NCBI GenBank assembly: GCA_965217865.1 | Contig: CBDCJO010000002.1 | Coordinates: 3,456,001-3,520,000 of the forward strand | DNA: 64,000 nucleotides | Direction: 5' to 3' | DNA from: Candidatus Latescibacterota bacterium | GTDB taxonomy: Bacteria; Latescibacterota; UBA2968; SICM01 | In this document: piece after piece, positions 43,252 to 55,396 of the stretch | How positions within the stretch are numbered: the first letter of the stretch is position 1 | How the letters are laid out: each line of letters starts with the position of its first letter | The notes under the pieces: generated by a model | What the model was told of the DNA's origin: nothing | What the model saw: the letters and a program-made list of their open reading frames with translations, nothing else | The model's database searches: none | Translations under genes and position numbers: made by a program

Positions 43252-44466
43252 TTGAGTGATACACCTTCTTTGGTACGGCAGGATGCTGAGGAGATACTAT
43301 CAGACGCATTTTCAGGCCGTGTAGAACTTGGTAAAGCAGACAGTCTTGACAACCGACAGAATGTCTCTCGCTTTGGTGTTCTCTCAGGTCCGGAAGGCTG
43401 TCCGAGTAGCGTAGTCGTTAAGAGACCTGCTCTCGAGGAGGGCAAGATCTACGACCCCAAGTCTCGGGTTTGGACAAATCGAGGGTTTTTCAACGATTGG
43501 GCGGGATTGCAGTTTTCATCCGAAATATTTGATGCGCCTATACCAGTACCACAGCTATATGGTGGAAGTCGCAACAAAGGACTCATAGTCATAGGAGACC
43601 TAGGCAACGAGGAGAGCCTCGACGAAATATTGCTTGGAACGAATGGTCTCAAAGCGAAAGAAGCGCTCATCGAATTAGCGAAAACAATCGGTAGATTGCA
43701 CGCCGGATCGTTAGGTAAGGAAGCGATCTATGATAAGATCAGAAGAGCTCTTGGGCCAGTGGACGGGCGAGTACGCATATCCGAGGAATTAGATGATCTG
43801 CTCGAGAGATTCAATGAAGTATGCGAAGTTTTCGGGGTCCGACCTCGCAGGGGCTTTAAGGGTGAGCTGAAGGGAGCTGTGACGCCTGGAGTCCTTTGCA
43901 CGTACACTCACGGAGACCCATGCCCAGATAACATCCGATACGATGATTCAAGAGTAAAACTCATAGACTTTGAGAAAGCATGTTACCAAAATGCTCTTAG
44001 AGAAGGTGTTTACGGGCGGATGTATTTCCCCTCCTGCTGGTGTGTACGCAAAATCCCAAGTCTTGTCTTCCGTCAGATGGAGTCTGCCTATCGCATTGAG
44101 TTGGCTAAAGGTTGCCGAGAAGCTGAAGATGATACGGTGTTTTACCGAAGCGTTACGGCAGCATGCACCTATTGGGCAATTAGCGCATTCTACATGACAA
44201 CGCGGCCGAGCAATGCGCTCAAGGGAACATTGACTGATCTTGCGCGAAGGTTAGGTGTAGACATTGAGGACGAATGGCGAGGAATTACCGCTATTCGAGG
44301 CCGCATCTTTTCACGTATTGAGAAACTGGCACAGACTTCAGAAGAGTTTGGCTATTTCAAAGCAATCGGGGGAACTGCTCGCGACCTTGTGGGGAAGTTG
44401 GAAAAGCTTTGGCCGTCAGAAGTGCGAGAAATGCCTTTATATCCAGCTTTCAGATCACTTGATTGA
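43252..44466 (+). CDS. APH/choline kinase-like phosphotransferase
   Basis: VVVK, HGDPCPDN, LIDFE; start uncertain. Confidence 0.75.
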   Translation: MSDTPSLVRQDAEEILSDAFSGRVELGKADSLDNRQNVSRFGVLSGPEGCPSSVVVKRPALEEGKIYDPKSRVWTNRGFFNDWAGLQFSSEIFDAPIPVPQLYGGSRNKGLIVIGDLGNEESLDEILLGTNGLKAKEALIELAKTIGRLHAGSLGKEAIYDKIRRALGPVDGRVRISEELDDLLERFNEVCEVFGVRPRRGFKGELKGAVTPGVLCTYTHGDPCPDNIRYDDSRVKLIDFEKACYQNALREGVYGRMYFPSCWCVRKIPSLVFRQMESAYRIELAKGCREAEDDTVFYRSVTAACTYWAISAFYMTTRPSNALKGTLTDLARRLGVDIEDEWRGITAIRGRIFSRIEKLAQTSEEFGYFKAIGGTARDLVGKLEKLWPSEVREMPLYPAFRSLD

Positions 44467-44517
44467 TGCATTGTGAACGCGGAAGGTCTATGACGCACGA
44501 TGGATTGGCGTCCTGAT

Positions 44518-45787
44518 TGGAGTTACCCCGGTTTAGCGGACGGTTTATCAGTTGCGATTCATTCGGCTTCATGGGCAACAGCGCTGGAGGTCTGCTCAAA
44601 GTTCATGGGAGAGAGATATCCGAGTGCTGAGTGTCGCCGATGGGAGTTGTACCAGCCCTCGATGTATTGAAATACGGACATCCGAGCTTCGGCCTGTGTG
44701 CGGTAGTTTCGGCGATCCAGGCGTTCGCATTCGAGCGTGGCGAAGAAGCTCTCGCATAACGCGTTGTCGTAGCAGTCACCGGTGGAACCCATAGAGGGCC
44801 GGACACCGGCCTTGCGGCACCGTAGACCGAAGGCAATGGAGGTGTACTGACATCCCTGGTCGGAGTGATGGATGACGGCTTCCGGCTGTCGTTGCCAGAG
44901 CGCCATATTCAACGCCTCGAGCACCAGCTCGGCGCGCAGATGGGTCGCCATCGCCCAGCCAACGACGCGGCGGCTCCAGGCGTCCACAACGACCGCGAGA
45001 TACAGGAAGCCGGCCCACGTACTGATGTAAGTGATGTCGGCTACCCAGAGCTGGTCTGGCCCGTTAGCCGTGAAATCTCGATTGACCAGGTCAGCAGCGA
45101 CGCGCCCATCGCGATCACGGTAGGTGGTTCGATGCCGTTTGCGACGACTTACGCCCTCCAGGCCTGCAGCACGCATCAACCGCGCAACGCGCTTGCGACC
45201 GATCCGCTCCCCCTCGGCTACAAGCTCCTCGTATATGCGCGGGACACCACAGGTGCCATCAGAACACTTGTGAATCTTCACGATCCGTTCCGTCAGAGCC
45301 ACATCGGCCTGCGCTCGTGCCGACAGCGGCCGCTTGAGCCACGCGTAGTACCCACTGGTGGAGACTTCCAGGACCCGGCACATCGTGGCTACTTTATAGA
45401 AGGCCTGATTGGCTTTCACGAACTCGTAGACTCCCCTGGCACCGAGTTGGTCTCCCGAGCGAACCAGGCCGCGGCTTTTGCAAGGATCTCCCGCTCCTGT
45501 CGCAACTGCCTATTCTCGCGGCGCAGTCGTCTGATCTCCTCCCGCTCCTCGGTGATCAGACCGTCACTGCGGAGGCCCTCATCCAGATCGGCCTGCCGCA
45601 TCCAGATCCGGATCGCCTGGGCCGACGGCTCGAACTCACGGGACAACTCATGGGGCGTGCGACCCGCTCGCACCAGTTCTACAATCTGCCGCTTGAACTC
45701 CGGTGGATACGGCGAATGTGACCTCGGCATCGTAGCATCCTCCTTTCTGCCAAGTAATAAGGTATCCACGAAACCGGGTCAAGTCCA
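44518..45787 (-). mobile_element. IS3-family element (orfA 45416-45730, orfB 44559-45419)
   Basis: TG...CA ends with IR TGGAGTTACCCCGGTTT / AAACCGGGTCAAGTCCA; WVADITY, HHSDQG, DNALCESFF. Confidence 0.93.
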
Positions 45788-46039
45788 CTATGCTTGCCAA
45801 ACTGACGTCCAGGAATGAGTTGGCTCTGCCAAAAGCAGCAGTTGCCGACTTCCAAGGCTCCGAGCGGTAGTGGAGGTGAGGCCGGTCCTGAACCGGGCCT
45901 CTTTGTCGGCCTAGGCCACCCGAATCTGCCCTGGGTTCGCAAACCCTGGGACGTTTTTCGAAACTGGCGTAGAGACAAACACTAAAACCTCACACCGGCA
46001 AATGGCCCATAAAAAGCTCTGGTTACGTGTGGGAACAAA

Positions 46040-46816
46040 ATGGAAGAACTGAACCAAGCCTGGAACGCCCTTAGGGCAACCCTACAGAACAATTTCTCAT
46101 TTTATGACATCAAGGAAATCGTCGGGCTTGCCGGCTTCGACCTGCCATCTATCTCACATCTTGAGCAGAAAGCAGGTGGGGGGGCATCAAAAGGCCAACT
46201 AATGACCGGGATTGACGGTGGCCTACTACCTGGACTCAATAAGCATTTCATCGCCATCGTGGCCGAAGAGGTACTGACAAGAGAACCTGATTTACGAGAA
46301 TCGCTTGATGATAATCTTTCGCGTTTGGGATGGTCTCTCAGTGGTAATGCTGTCATACCCATCAAGATTCTTGATACCTCTATTCTTTCCGAGCTTCCAT
46401 GCGAGTCCCAGCAGGATCTTGAAAAGGCAGCGCAACGCCTACGCGACGGGGACTTGAGCGGTGCCATTTCTTCAGCGTGCGGCGCACTGGATGCAACAAC
46501 TTCAGCCATCTATTCTTCCGCGAATCTTGGGGATCCGACAAAGGCCTCGTTCCAAGAGCGATGCAAACATTCATTGGCAGTGAGAGGTGTCAGTCCCAAA
46601 ATGGAGCAACAGCTACACGAGCTTTGTTGGAACGAAAAGGAAGTTATATGTTTCCTCAAGAATTTCAAAGGTGCTATGAATCATGGAGCTTATATAATGC
46701 AGACTTTGCGCTCCAATATGGGTGATGTTCACGGCACGAAGCCCATCCTGAAGCCCTTGGTATTCCACTGCTTGAGGTGGGCCGAACTTATGCTTCGTGC
46801 CCTCAACGAAGATTGA
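46040..46816 (+). CDS. Abortive-infection family protein (Abi_C/HEPN-like)
   Basis: GDLSGAISSAC and C-terminal LRSNMGDVHG. Confidence 0.6.
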   Translation: MEELNQAWNALRATLQNNFSFYDIKEIVGLAGFDLPSISHLEQKAGGGASKGQLMTGIDGGLLPGLNKHFIAIVAEEVLTREPDLRESLDDNLSRLGWSLSGNAVIPIKILDTSILSELPCESQQDLEKAAQRLRDGDLSGAISSACGALDATTSAIYSSANLGDPTKASFQERCKHSLAVRGVSPKMEQQLHELCWNEKEVICFLKNFKGAMNHGAYIMQTLRSNMGDVHGTKPILKPLVFHCLRWAELMLRALNED

Positions 46817-46820
46817 TTCC

Positions 46821-48094
46821 TGATATGACCCGGGAAAAGTGGACAGTGGTTTAAGCCGCTTTCTTCAGCGATAGCCGTTCAAAAAGGGCCGGGGACACAT
46901 AGTCCAGGTAAGCGTGCAGCCGCTGATTGTTGTAAAACATTTCGATGTACTCGAAGAGTTCGCGCTCTGCATGATCGAGGTCGATCAAGTCGACGTGATA
47001 CAGCCATTCGGTCTTCAAGGTTTTGAAGAATGACTCGGAGACGGCATTGTCCCAGCAATCGGCCTTCTTGCTCATGCCTTGAACAAACTGATGCGCGTCG
47101 ACGGCCTTTCGGAAGCCATCGCAGCAATACTGAATACCTCGATCGGAATGAATCATCAGATTCGGCTGCGGTCTGCGTTGCCATACTGCGCGTGACAGGG
47201 CCGTGAGTACCGTTTCGTGCGCCAGCGAGGTGCTGACGCACCAGCCAACCACGCGACGTGAAAACAGGTCAATGAATACAACCAGATACAGCCATCCCGA
47301 TCGACTGGACAAATACGTGATATCGCTGACCCACACTTCGTTGGGACGACCCGCGTCAAAGGACCGGTTCAGCAAGTTCGGGGATGCCTTCAGGTCGTGC
47401 TTCGTATCCGTGGTCACCACGAACTTCCGACGTACCTTCGACCGGAGGCCCTGACGACGCATCGAAAAGGCCACGCGGTTGCGCCTATACGGCTTTCCTT
47501 GTGCCGCCAGCGCACGGCTGATCTTCAGGCTCCCATACCAGCCACGGCTGGCCTCGCAGGCCGCTTTTACCAGGACATCCAGAAGAAGTCGTTCCTGCTC
47601 GCGCTCGCTCTCAGGGCGGGAAAACCAGCCATAGTAACCGCTTGTTGACACATCAAGCAACTTCGCCATCCTCTCCACCGAAAACTCCAAGTGGTGGTCC
47701 TTTATGAACCTGAATCTGCTTTCGGTGTCTTTGAGAAGATGGCCACTACTTTGTTTAGGATGTCCCGTTCTTCCCGCGCGATGTCAAGCTCTCGACGTAA
47801 ACAGCGGTTCTCCTCCTCCAAAGGCTTCTGGTGACCTGTACCTGGGAACGCATCGATCGGGTCTGCCTCCAGCTCATCACGCCAGCGCCGGATCGCCCCC
47901 TGGTATAATCCCAGGTCCCGTTCTATCTGCCGGTCCGTCTTTCCACTGGTGTCAGCCAGACGCACCGACTCTCTCTTGAACTCAGAATCATACCGCTTTC
48001 CCGGATGTGAAGCTCCTTGACCTTTCATAGACACATCTCCTATACCTACAAAATATACTACCTCTTGGTGTGTCCACAATCCCCAAACAGGTCA
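46821..48094 (-). mobile_element. IS3-family element (orfA 47702-48028, orfB 46851-47705)
   Basis: TGA...TCA ends with GTGGACA/TGTCCAC IR; WVSDITY, HSDRG, DNAVSESFF. Confidence 0.93.
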
Positions 48095-48328
48095 ATCTCC
48101 AAGCCCAGCTTTGCCCCACCAGGACATGGGGTCCATCGCGCCTAGTGAGATATTAGGGGGTCATGCAAATGGTCGAGAAACGCATGAATAGGTAGGAGCG
48201 ATCCGTCAGTTAGGTAGCGGACTGTAGAGATGATAGATGTTTGATAAATTGTCCCTCTTGGACATAAGGGCCTGTGATTCCCAGGGAGAGTTGATGTGCT
48301 CAGCAAGGAACTTTTCTCGACTCGCACG

Positions 48329-50794
48329 ATGATCGCTCATCTTTTCATCTCGTTGAGCCTCGCCGTCACAGGGATCGCTTTCTTCGCCTCCAGTGCGGGC
48401 GTTGTGTCCCCGGACTCCTTAGCTGTGTCACTGGATTCCTTACAAGCGGAGCTCGACTCGTTGATGAACGCTGCGCCGCGTTTGAAGGTGAGCGGTCAAG
48501 CCTTTGGTCAGGGAGTCGAATCATTATCTGAAGTTCATCCTGCGAACCTGGATTCGCTGGTGGAGGTGGCCACCTTGCTGTCGGAAGCAGGGGATGCAAA
48601 AGAGGCCGCTGTCGTCCACCGGACGCTGGGAGCTATCTACTTGGGCACAAAGCGGCTCGATGCGGCGGCGGAGGCGTTTGATCGGGCCCGCCGCCTCGAC
48701 GATTCGGCGTCGTCATGGTTTGGCTTGGGGATTGTCGCGGCCGCGGGAGACCGATCCCGGAAGCGGGAGGCCCCGGACCGGTTCCGGGAGGCCCTTGCCC
48801 GCGACCCGAAGATGTCCGATGCCCGCTATCGACTCGCCCTCGTGCTGCATAGCCTGGGAGAGGGGAATGCCGGATCGGAGCTGGAGCGCCTTGTGAATAC
48901 GGAACCGAAGTACATAGCGGGCTACCTCCTCCTCTCCGAGTGGGCTGAGCAGAAACCTTACGGTCTCGAAGAAGCCCTCGAATGGTGTGAGCGCGGCCTG
49001 AAGTCAAATCCGGATGATCCGGACCTCCTGGTCCGAAGGGAAGAGCTCAAGTTTCTCTCCGGTGGGGAGGACACTGGGATCAGTGTGTTGATGTCCTACC
49101 TCAAGAAGAGGCCTCACGAAATCCGTCTCTTGCCTCTGATCGGACAAGCCCACCTGAAGAAGGGGCGGTTGGGACCGGCGGATGCTATGTTTCGCGCCTA
49201 TCTGGACCGGGTCAGCCCTCAGGAGCGAGCATTCTACGATGACATTTCGCTGGTGGGGTCGCAGGAAGAGATAGAGGCATTTAGAGCCATCAAGCCGGAG
49301 GATGCCCCGGAGTTTCTGCGGCAGTTCTGGGCTCGGCGGGACATAGACCTGATATCTGGGGTTAACCGGCGTCGTCTTGAGCATTATCGGCGGGTGTGGG
49401 TGGCCAGGACGCAGTTCTCTAAGGGACAGACGCCGTGGGACCGGCGCGGGGAGATCTACATTCGCTACGGGGAGCCCTACTTCCGGCAGCGGTCGGGGGA
49501 GAGCAACTTCAAAAAGGCGATGGACCGGAAGGTACAGGCCGTGCGGCAGCGGCAAGCGTCCCGACTTTACGGCACTTTTGGATCGAATCCCCGTGGCATC
49601 CTTTGGCTTCTGAGAGGTTATTCCTATTCCATGCCCGACACTCTTGCGGACGTGCCGATGGACGTGGGACTGTACCAGGGTCCGGTTTATCCGTTGCAGA
49701 GGTTCGGGCGTGGCTACACCATTCTAGGGATTGGTGAAACCGTATCTGCGTCTTGGGAGAGCTGGATCTACCCGCATATCGAGGGGGGGATCGAGTTCGT
49801 CTTCACCGACGAATTCCGTGGATATGACTATGACTTTGCCCCGATTCCCACGATCTATATCCCAAAAGGTCCGCATGGTCCGCCAGCGGCACGATTTAAT
49901 AGGATCCCAACCATGGTGCGTGAAGGGGCTCCCGAGCAGGTCTTTCTCGCTTTAAAATCAAAGGCGCGGTCGTTGTATTTACCTGTGGATCTGACAGAGC
50001 CACTCACGTCTCACGTGGCAACAGTGGACTTCCGGGGAAGCCGCGACAGCTCACGCGTGGAGGTCTACCTGGAGGTGCCCGTCGAAGAGATCACTTCGAC
50101 GGAGCAGGGTTGGCCAGGGGAGCGGTGGGTGGTCGTGTACGACAGGACGTGGCGAGAGGTTCACCGCTCCATCGACCGTTCACCGCTCCAGGTCCTTCCG
50201 GGGTTCGATGAGGAGATCCTGGACGTGATGGCATTCAACTTGCCGGCAGGTGACTATTTTATGGCTGTGAAGGTCAGAGACCTGAAGTCCAAACGATCGC
50301 AGGTGGTCCGCGACAGCCTCCGTGTGGAAGGTTACGGTGGAAATAGCCTCCGGATGAGCGGAATAGAGATCGCCCGTAGGATTGCGCCCACAACAGAGGA
50401 AGGTAAGTTCGTGAAACAGGGGCTGGAGGTGATTCCCATACCTTCCCTTACCTTCAAACGGAATCAGGATGTCTTCCTCTACTTTGAGGTTTACAATCTC
50501 ACCCGGGACATGCGGGGATGGACGCACTACAAGGTCGATTATACTCTGCGTAGGCTGAAGGGGGGCATCGGTAATCCCATCCTGTCGGGTCTCGGACGGC
50601 TGATCGGAAGGCGTAAGAAGGAGGACGAGGTCACCACCTCCCACGAGTCAAGGGGAGAGACGATGCAGGAGATAATCCACACAGCGCTGGATTTGAGGAA
50701 GGGGAAAAAGGGGGACCATACCCTTCAGGTGACCGTTACGGACCTGAACAGTGGGATTGGAGTAAGCAGACAGACATCCTTCGTTCTTCGGTAA
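48329..50794 (+). CDS. GWxTD-domain protein with TPR repeats
   Basis: TPR-like helices; FWARRD...EHYRRV...WDRRGEIYIRYGEP. Confidence 0.85.
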   Translation: MIAHLFISLSLAVTGIAFFASSAGVVSPDSLAVSLDSLQAELDSLMNAAPRLKVSGQAFGQGVESLSEVHPANLDSLVEVATLLSEAGDAKEAAVVHRTLGAIYLGTKRLDAAAEAFDRARRLDDSASSWFGLGIVAAAGDRSRKREAPDRFREALARDPKMSDARYRLALVLHSLGEGNAGSELERLVNTEPKYIAGYLLLSEWAEQKPYGLEEALEWCERGLKSNPDDPDLLVRREELKFLSGGEDTGISVLMSYLKKRPHEIRLLPLIGQAHLKKGRLGPADAMFRAYLDRVSPQERAFYDDISLVGSQEEIEAFRAIKPEDAPEFLRQFWARRDIDLISGVNRRRLEHYRRVWVARTQFSKGQTPWDRRGEIYIRYGEPYFRQRSGESNFKKAMDRKVQAVRQRQASRLYGTFGSNPRGILWLLRGYSYSMPDTLADVPMDVGLYQGPVYPLQRFGRGYTILGIGETVSASWESWIYPHIEGGIEFVFTDEFRGYDYDFAPIPTIYIPKGPHGPPAARFNRIPTMVREGAPEQVFLALKSKARSLYLPVDLTEPLTSHVATVDFRGSRDSSRVEVYLEVPVEEITSTEQGWPGERWVVVYDRTWREVHRSIDRSPLQVLPGFDEEILDVMAFNLPAGDYFMAVKVRDLKSKRSQVVRDSLRVEGYGGNSLRMSGIEIARRIAPTTEEGKFVKQGLEVIPIPSLTFKRNQDVFLYFEVYNLTRDMRGWTHYKVDYTLRRLKGGIGNPILSGLGRLIGRRKKEDEVTTSHESRGETMQEIIHTALDLRKGKKGDHTLQVTVTDLNSGIGVSRQTSFVLR

Positions 50795-50809
50795 AATGGG
50801 GCTGGTTGG

Positions 50810-51273
50810 GATATTATGTTTGGCGCTCTGGCGGAAAGGGCAGTGTCGCTAACTCGCTAAAAGACGCTACGGCTAAAGCAGTGAAACAAGACATCAATGA
50901 TTACAAACAGGTCTGGTCAAAAAAGGACAATAGCGAACAAGACAAGGCATCTTTTCAAGCTACGACATGGGCGACACGGCATGCAGGTCACCGTGTGAAT
51001 TGCCCATCGTGCAATTCTAAAGCACTCCTACAGGGCATCCCTAGTGGAACGGTCACAACCGAGGTGAGTGGGGAAGAGGTAATACAACGACAAACTCTGT
51101 TGCCTTCGTCATTCAAATGCATAGCGTGTGGGCTCCACATTTCCGGCCTCTCGAAGCTTTCCGCTTGTGGGTTGGGTAACGCATTTAACGAGAAGTCGAC
51201 CTACACGGCTGCCGAGTTTTTCAATCTTTACACCGAAGATGAACTATACGAGCCGGACTTCAACGAATATTGA
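50810..51273 (+). pseudogene. 3' fragment of a Zn-ribbon hypothetical gene
   Basis: CPSC and CIAC motifs; starts mid-sequence right after the GWxTD stop. Confidence 0.5.
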
Positions 51274-51419
51274 TCGCTCCGCCCCGTTAGAGCGAACCTT
51301 TCCTAAAAAATGGTCGCTGTTAAATGGTATTTCGTATGGTGTTGGCATCCGAACTCCGCTGAAAGTGTGAGAATCAACATGGATCTGAGGCGTGGCGTAG
51401 CGGTTGTCCACTAAGAGCC

Positions 51420-51722
51420 TGTATGGAAATCAGGTAGACAAGACGGTCAGACCATGTGGCGTGCCTATATCACCCACCCCGAACGTTTTGTGCAGGGTCA
51501 CCCGCAGCCACCCGACCTGCCTCCCGAGGTCTGGATCAACCCACCCCGGATCTCGGATAAGTCCCAGCACGATCCACTTGTTATTTCGCCAGGTGACACC
51601 AAATCGAACTCGGTCCGATATCTGCAGAGGGATCCACTGGGCCGATGCCACCTCTAAAGAAGACGGCCGGAAACTTCACTAAATTCCAACTTTCAGTGTC
51701 TCAAAATTGTTGACACGTTCCG
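51420..51722 (+). mobile_element. Right-end remnant of an IS3-like element
   Basis: HPERFVQGHPQPP.LP.EVWINPP C-terminus and end sequence TCTCAAAATTGTTGACACGTTCCG. Confidence 0.65.
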
Positions 51723-53640
51723 AAGCGCGGCTCAGTCCTGCGCTGCTTTGCGGCTTGCCGCTTGTCGCGTCGATTGTCCTACTGATTCCTCAGCTCGGGC
51801 CGATCTGGGGTTCGATTGGCGTCGTCGTATATGGCGGAGGGTCCATGTTGCTGATCCAGATCGTCCGGGATCTAGGTAAGGGCCTAGCAGCCCGTTGAAG
51901 AACTACCTTTCAACGCACATAAACGGAAAAGACGCCTGGAGTGCGGGTCAGATAAATCAAGGTAAGGAGATTGAGCAGGAGACGCTGATAAGAGGTTAAA
52001 AAGGTGACCGAGGGCAGCAAACGTGATTGTAGGACGAGCAGTAGACGCTGCAAGGCCTTGGCCAGGTCCTGGAGGGCCTTCGGAGTACCTACGCCCATCA
52101 CTTTGCGCATGAGCAGAGCCAGGTTGCAGCCCCCGATGTGGATCAGCAAACGCTTGAGGATATTGCCGCGGTCTCTCAAGTGCAACCTGCGCATGCCACC
52201 GGTATCATATGTGTGAGCGATGGTTCTTTCCACCCGTTCTGCACGACTTCGGCGCAAGGCCTTGCCGCGATCTCCCTTGATCCGGCGTCGATTCGCATAT
52301 ACCGCGGCCTGCTCATCTCGTCGGCCGTTCCACTTGCGGCGTCCCCGATCCGGTTCTGAAATGTAACTCCGGATGCCGCCTTGCTTCAGACTGGTCAATA
52401 CATCGTTGCTATGATATCCTTTGTCCGCAACCACCTCCCGTATACGCTGTCTGTGCAAACGTTTGGCAGCTTTTTCGTCCTTCGCGACCTGCTTGAGATT
52501 GAGCTGCGCCTCGAGCAGCGTCCAGGGCAACGACTCGGTATCTCCTTCATCTGCTCCCGACAACGCCACTGCCACAATGGCATTGGTGTCCAGATCCACC
52601 GCGTGCTCCACCTTGTGCGCCATGTGCGTGCGACCGTCCTTCATCTTAGCGATCTTGGCATCCGGGTCGTGCGGGTGCTCCCAGTCCTGGTTCGATCCCT
52701 TCTTCGGTCGCTTCTTATCGATCTTGGACAAGTCCTCGCGGGTAGGCGTTTCAATGCCCGAGGCCTTGGCCAGATTCTCAAGGAATGCCTGGTAGCCTTC
52801 ACCCGTGTCACGGCGTACAATGCTGCGCATCGCGGCGTTGGCCTCCAGTGTCGTAGCATCCACGCCCAACGTCTTCCCCTTCACCAGACCCGCTTTGCAC
52901 AAGACCCTCAGGATCCACTTGAAAACCGCTTCGTGAACTTCCAAGGGAAGCCGATGCCGGATGCGAGACAGGCTGGAATGATCCGGGGTCTGTTCGTCAA
53001 GGGCATACCCCAAAAACCGGCGCAACGTCAGCGAGTCAGATACACGCCATTCGATCCCACGTTCCGAATCAAGTCCCTCGAAATACCCAATCAAAAGCAT
53101 CCGAAAATAAACCCCGGGCGGAATGCCCTTGCGACCCATATGAGGAGCGTAATACCGCTGGCAAAGCCCCTCGACGAACTCGTCGAAGCCGTTCGCCCCC
53201 AATACCTGATTCAGCTTCTCGTAGAACGGATGACCCGGAGATTTCACCAAAGTGTTCGATGCGATGAACAGGTTTTCCTGTCTCTGTCGTCCTCGTTTTC
53301 CCATTGCCATTTGCTCGTCCTCCCTTCTCAGTTTGAACCTGATATATCATAGGACCAAACCACAAGGAAAGACAACAGTCATCTTGGCATAAACGCACTT
53401 TTTCAACAGGCTGCTAGAGGAGCGGCTATTCCAATCGTGGGGTGGAAGGCCCTCTGCGGCCATGCTGCGACATGCGGATGGTCGATTGGAGAAGCCGACC
53501 AAGGAACGTTACCGGAGGTTTCTGAGCGAGGCTGTACCCGGCTTGCCGCTGGTGCCCACGGAGGACGAGCGGGAGAATCCCGAGAAGGCGCTTGCGGGAT
53601 ATGAGAGCGCGAACCGATGGTTGCTCGAGCAGACGGGGTG
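51723..53640 (+). pseudogene. Membrane-protein gene fragment interrupted by the IS at 51888
   Basis: ...VRDLGKGL|EERLFQSWGGRPSAAMLRH reads through once the IS and one CTAG are removed. Confidence 0.7.
51888..53413 (-). mobile_element. IS1182/IS5-like element, transposase 51910-53310
   Basis: TIR CAGCCCGTTGAA / TTCAACAGGCTG; CTAG duplication at 51884-51887 and 53414-53417; PDHSSLSRIR, VDAT, ADKGY. Confidence 0.92.
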
Positions 53641-53728
53641 GCCCCTCTAACCGTCATATACTACCAAGGACATTTTTTCGACACTCCATCCTGGACCGGA
53701 TCGTCTCCTGACCTCTTCTCCGACACTT

Positions 53729-53986
53729 TCAGACGGTCTCCGGTAGGGTAGGTATCCCAGCGGCAGAAAGGCTCTCCATCTCACGAATGAGCGCAGCTGC
53801 TTCCCGCCGCTCGGTGATCGCCGCGGCGGTGAAAAGACCGTGTTTGAAGGCGTTCGTGTTACCGGCCGGTGCGCCGGGCGATGCTCCTCCGTGCATCCGG
53901 CAACGGCCGTTCGTCATCGCGGGTGACCGGCACGGCATCCCGCTTCTCGTCCAGGCGCCGCAACGCGGGCTCCGGTGCATGGGCAA
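53729..53986 (-). CDS. HGGxSTG-domain protein
   Basis: RCGAWTRSG.PC...NGRCRMHGGASPG...NAFKHG. Confidence 0.8.
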   Translation of the reverse strand: MPMHRSPRCGAWTRSGMPCRSPAMTNGRCRMHGGASPGAPAGNTNAFKHGLFTAAAITERREAAALIREMESLSAAGIPTLPETV

Positions 53987-53989
53987 GTG

Positions 53990-54135
53990 CTATGCAGGGG
54001 GTTGTTCCTCCGATTTAGTGCGATCCCTCCTCTGTGTTTCGACCATGCCGACCACTGCCTGCCCACCCGCGTGGACGTACACATGCTCGACCGTCACCTT
54101 CTGCTGCCCCTTGCCGCGATGCTTGTCGAGGGCCC
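53990..54135 (-). pseudogene. 3' fragment of the hypothetical gene that usually precedes HGGxSTG genes
   Basis: Minus strand reads LDKHRGKGQQKVTVEHVHVHAGGQAVVG. Confidence 0.6.
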
Positions 54136-54172
54136 CCTGAATCTAGACTCAACTCTCGGAGGACTCTCAACC

Positions 54173-55396
54173 GTGACTGAAAATGTCAACGTAGCGACGT
54201 TTGACTCAGACTCCCCAACATCGGGCATTCAGGAAGCAATCGATGCTCTTGGTGATGGTGGCGGGTGCGTCAGAATACCTGCTGGCGAATGGAGATTGCG
54301 GGGTTCGGTCGTGCTGCCGTCCCGAGTATGCCTGTTTGGCGATGGCCCAGCAACGGAGCTTACCGCTTCAAGGCCGGAAGTGGTGCGCCTAACCCGTGAC
54401 GCGCGAAAGGGCTCCCGCAGTGTGTGTGTCCGAGGACGTGTACCGTTTCTCCCCGGCGATTCGGTCGGGTTGGTGGACAACGCACACCAGTGGTGGGATG
54501 GGACACACGCATGTGTCGCCTCGGTAGAGGGCGGCATCGTCCGCTTAACTGAACCGATTCGGCTTGGGTTGAAAGTGGCCCTGGAGGCGCGTATCTGTAG
54601 TCTCTTCCCTGGGGTGACCACTGAAGGCACCGGCCCTCCGGGGGACACCGGAACAAGGAAGGGCACGCAGGATTCCGAGTTACGGGATCTCACGCTGCTT
54701 GGGACAGTGGATCAGAAAGAACCCGCTTGGGATTTCACATACAGCGCCGTTCACCTCGTCGCGTGCGAAAGCATCCGAGTGCTAAATTTGACGGTGAGGG
54801 ACTGGCCAAGCGATGCCATCGGCGTGCAAGGAGGGTGGGATGTGCATGTTCACAACTGTCGATCTCGGTTCTGCCGAGGAAACGGTTTCCATCCCGGGAC
54901 TCACCTAGGACGAACCGTCTGGTCCAATAACATCGCCATTGGCAATGGGATGGACGGCTTGTTCATCTGCAGCCTTGTGCATGACTCTGTCTTCACTAGC
55001 AACGTGTTCACCGGCAACAGTCAAAATGGTATCGGTGGTGTGGGGCATCACGATGACCACCACAACGTCATCAGCAACAATGTCTGCTCTGAGAACGGAC
55101 GGTCAGGAATCAATGCGCACGATGGCTCAGAGCACACCATCACCGGAAACATACTACGCAGCAATTCCTGGGATTCCCCAGGTACGTATCCAGCCATCCG
55201 TCTCCACAGCGCTACTCGATTTCTCGTACAGGGCAATCGCTGCGCGGATGATCAGCAGAAGCCCACTCAGAAGCGTGGCATCGTCGAAACCGGCGACAGC
55301 GACTGGAACCTTGTGACCGGAAACGTCTGTGTTGGGATGCCCCAACCAGTTTCTTTGGTGGGTAGCAACTCGCTTGCTGAGGGGAACCTAGTTTGA
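54173..55396 (+). CDS. Right-handed parallel beta-helix (pectate lyase-like) protein
   Basis: IQEAID...GG.V.IPAG.W, repeated N..GN..DG/NGI coils; GGAGG RBS before GTG. Confidence 0.8.
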   Translation: MTENVNVATFDSDSPTSGIQEAIDALGDGGGCVRIPAGEWRLRGSVVLPSRVCLFGDGPATELTASRPEVVRLTRDARKGSRSVCVRGRVPFLPGDSVGLVDNAHQWWDGTHACVASVEGGIVRLTEPIRLGLKVALEARICSLFPGVTTEGTGPPGDTGTRKGTQDSELRDLTLLGTVDQKEPAWDFTYSAVHLVACESIRVLNLTVRDWPSDAIGVQGGWDVHVHNCRSRFCRGNGFHPGTHLGRTVWSNNIAIGNGMDGLFICSLVHDSVFTSNVFTGNSQNGIGGVGHHDDHHNVISNNVCSENGRSGINAHDGSEHTITGNILRSNSWDSPGTYPAIRLHSATRFLVQGNRCADDQQKPTQKRGIVETGDSDWNLVTGNVCVGMPQPVSLVGSNSLAEGNLV

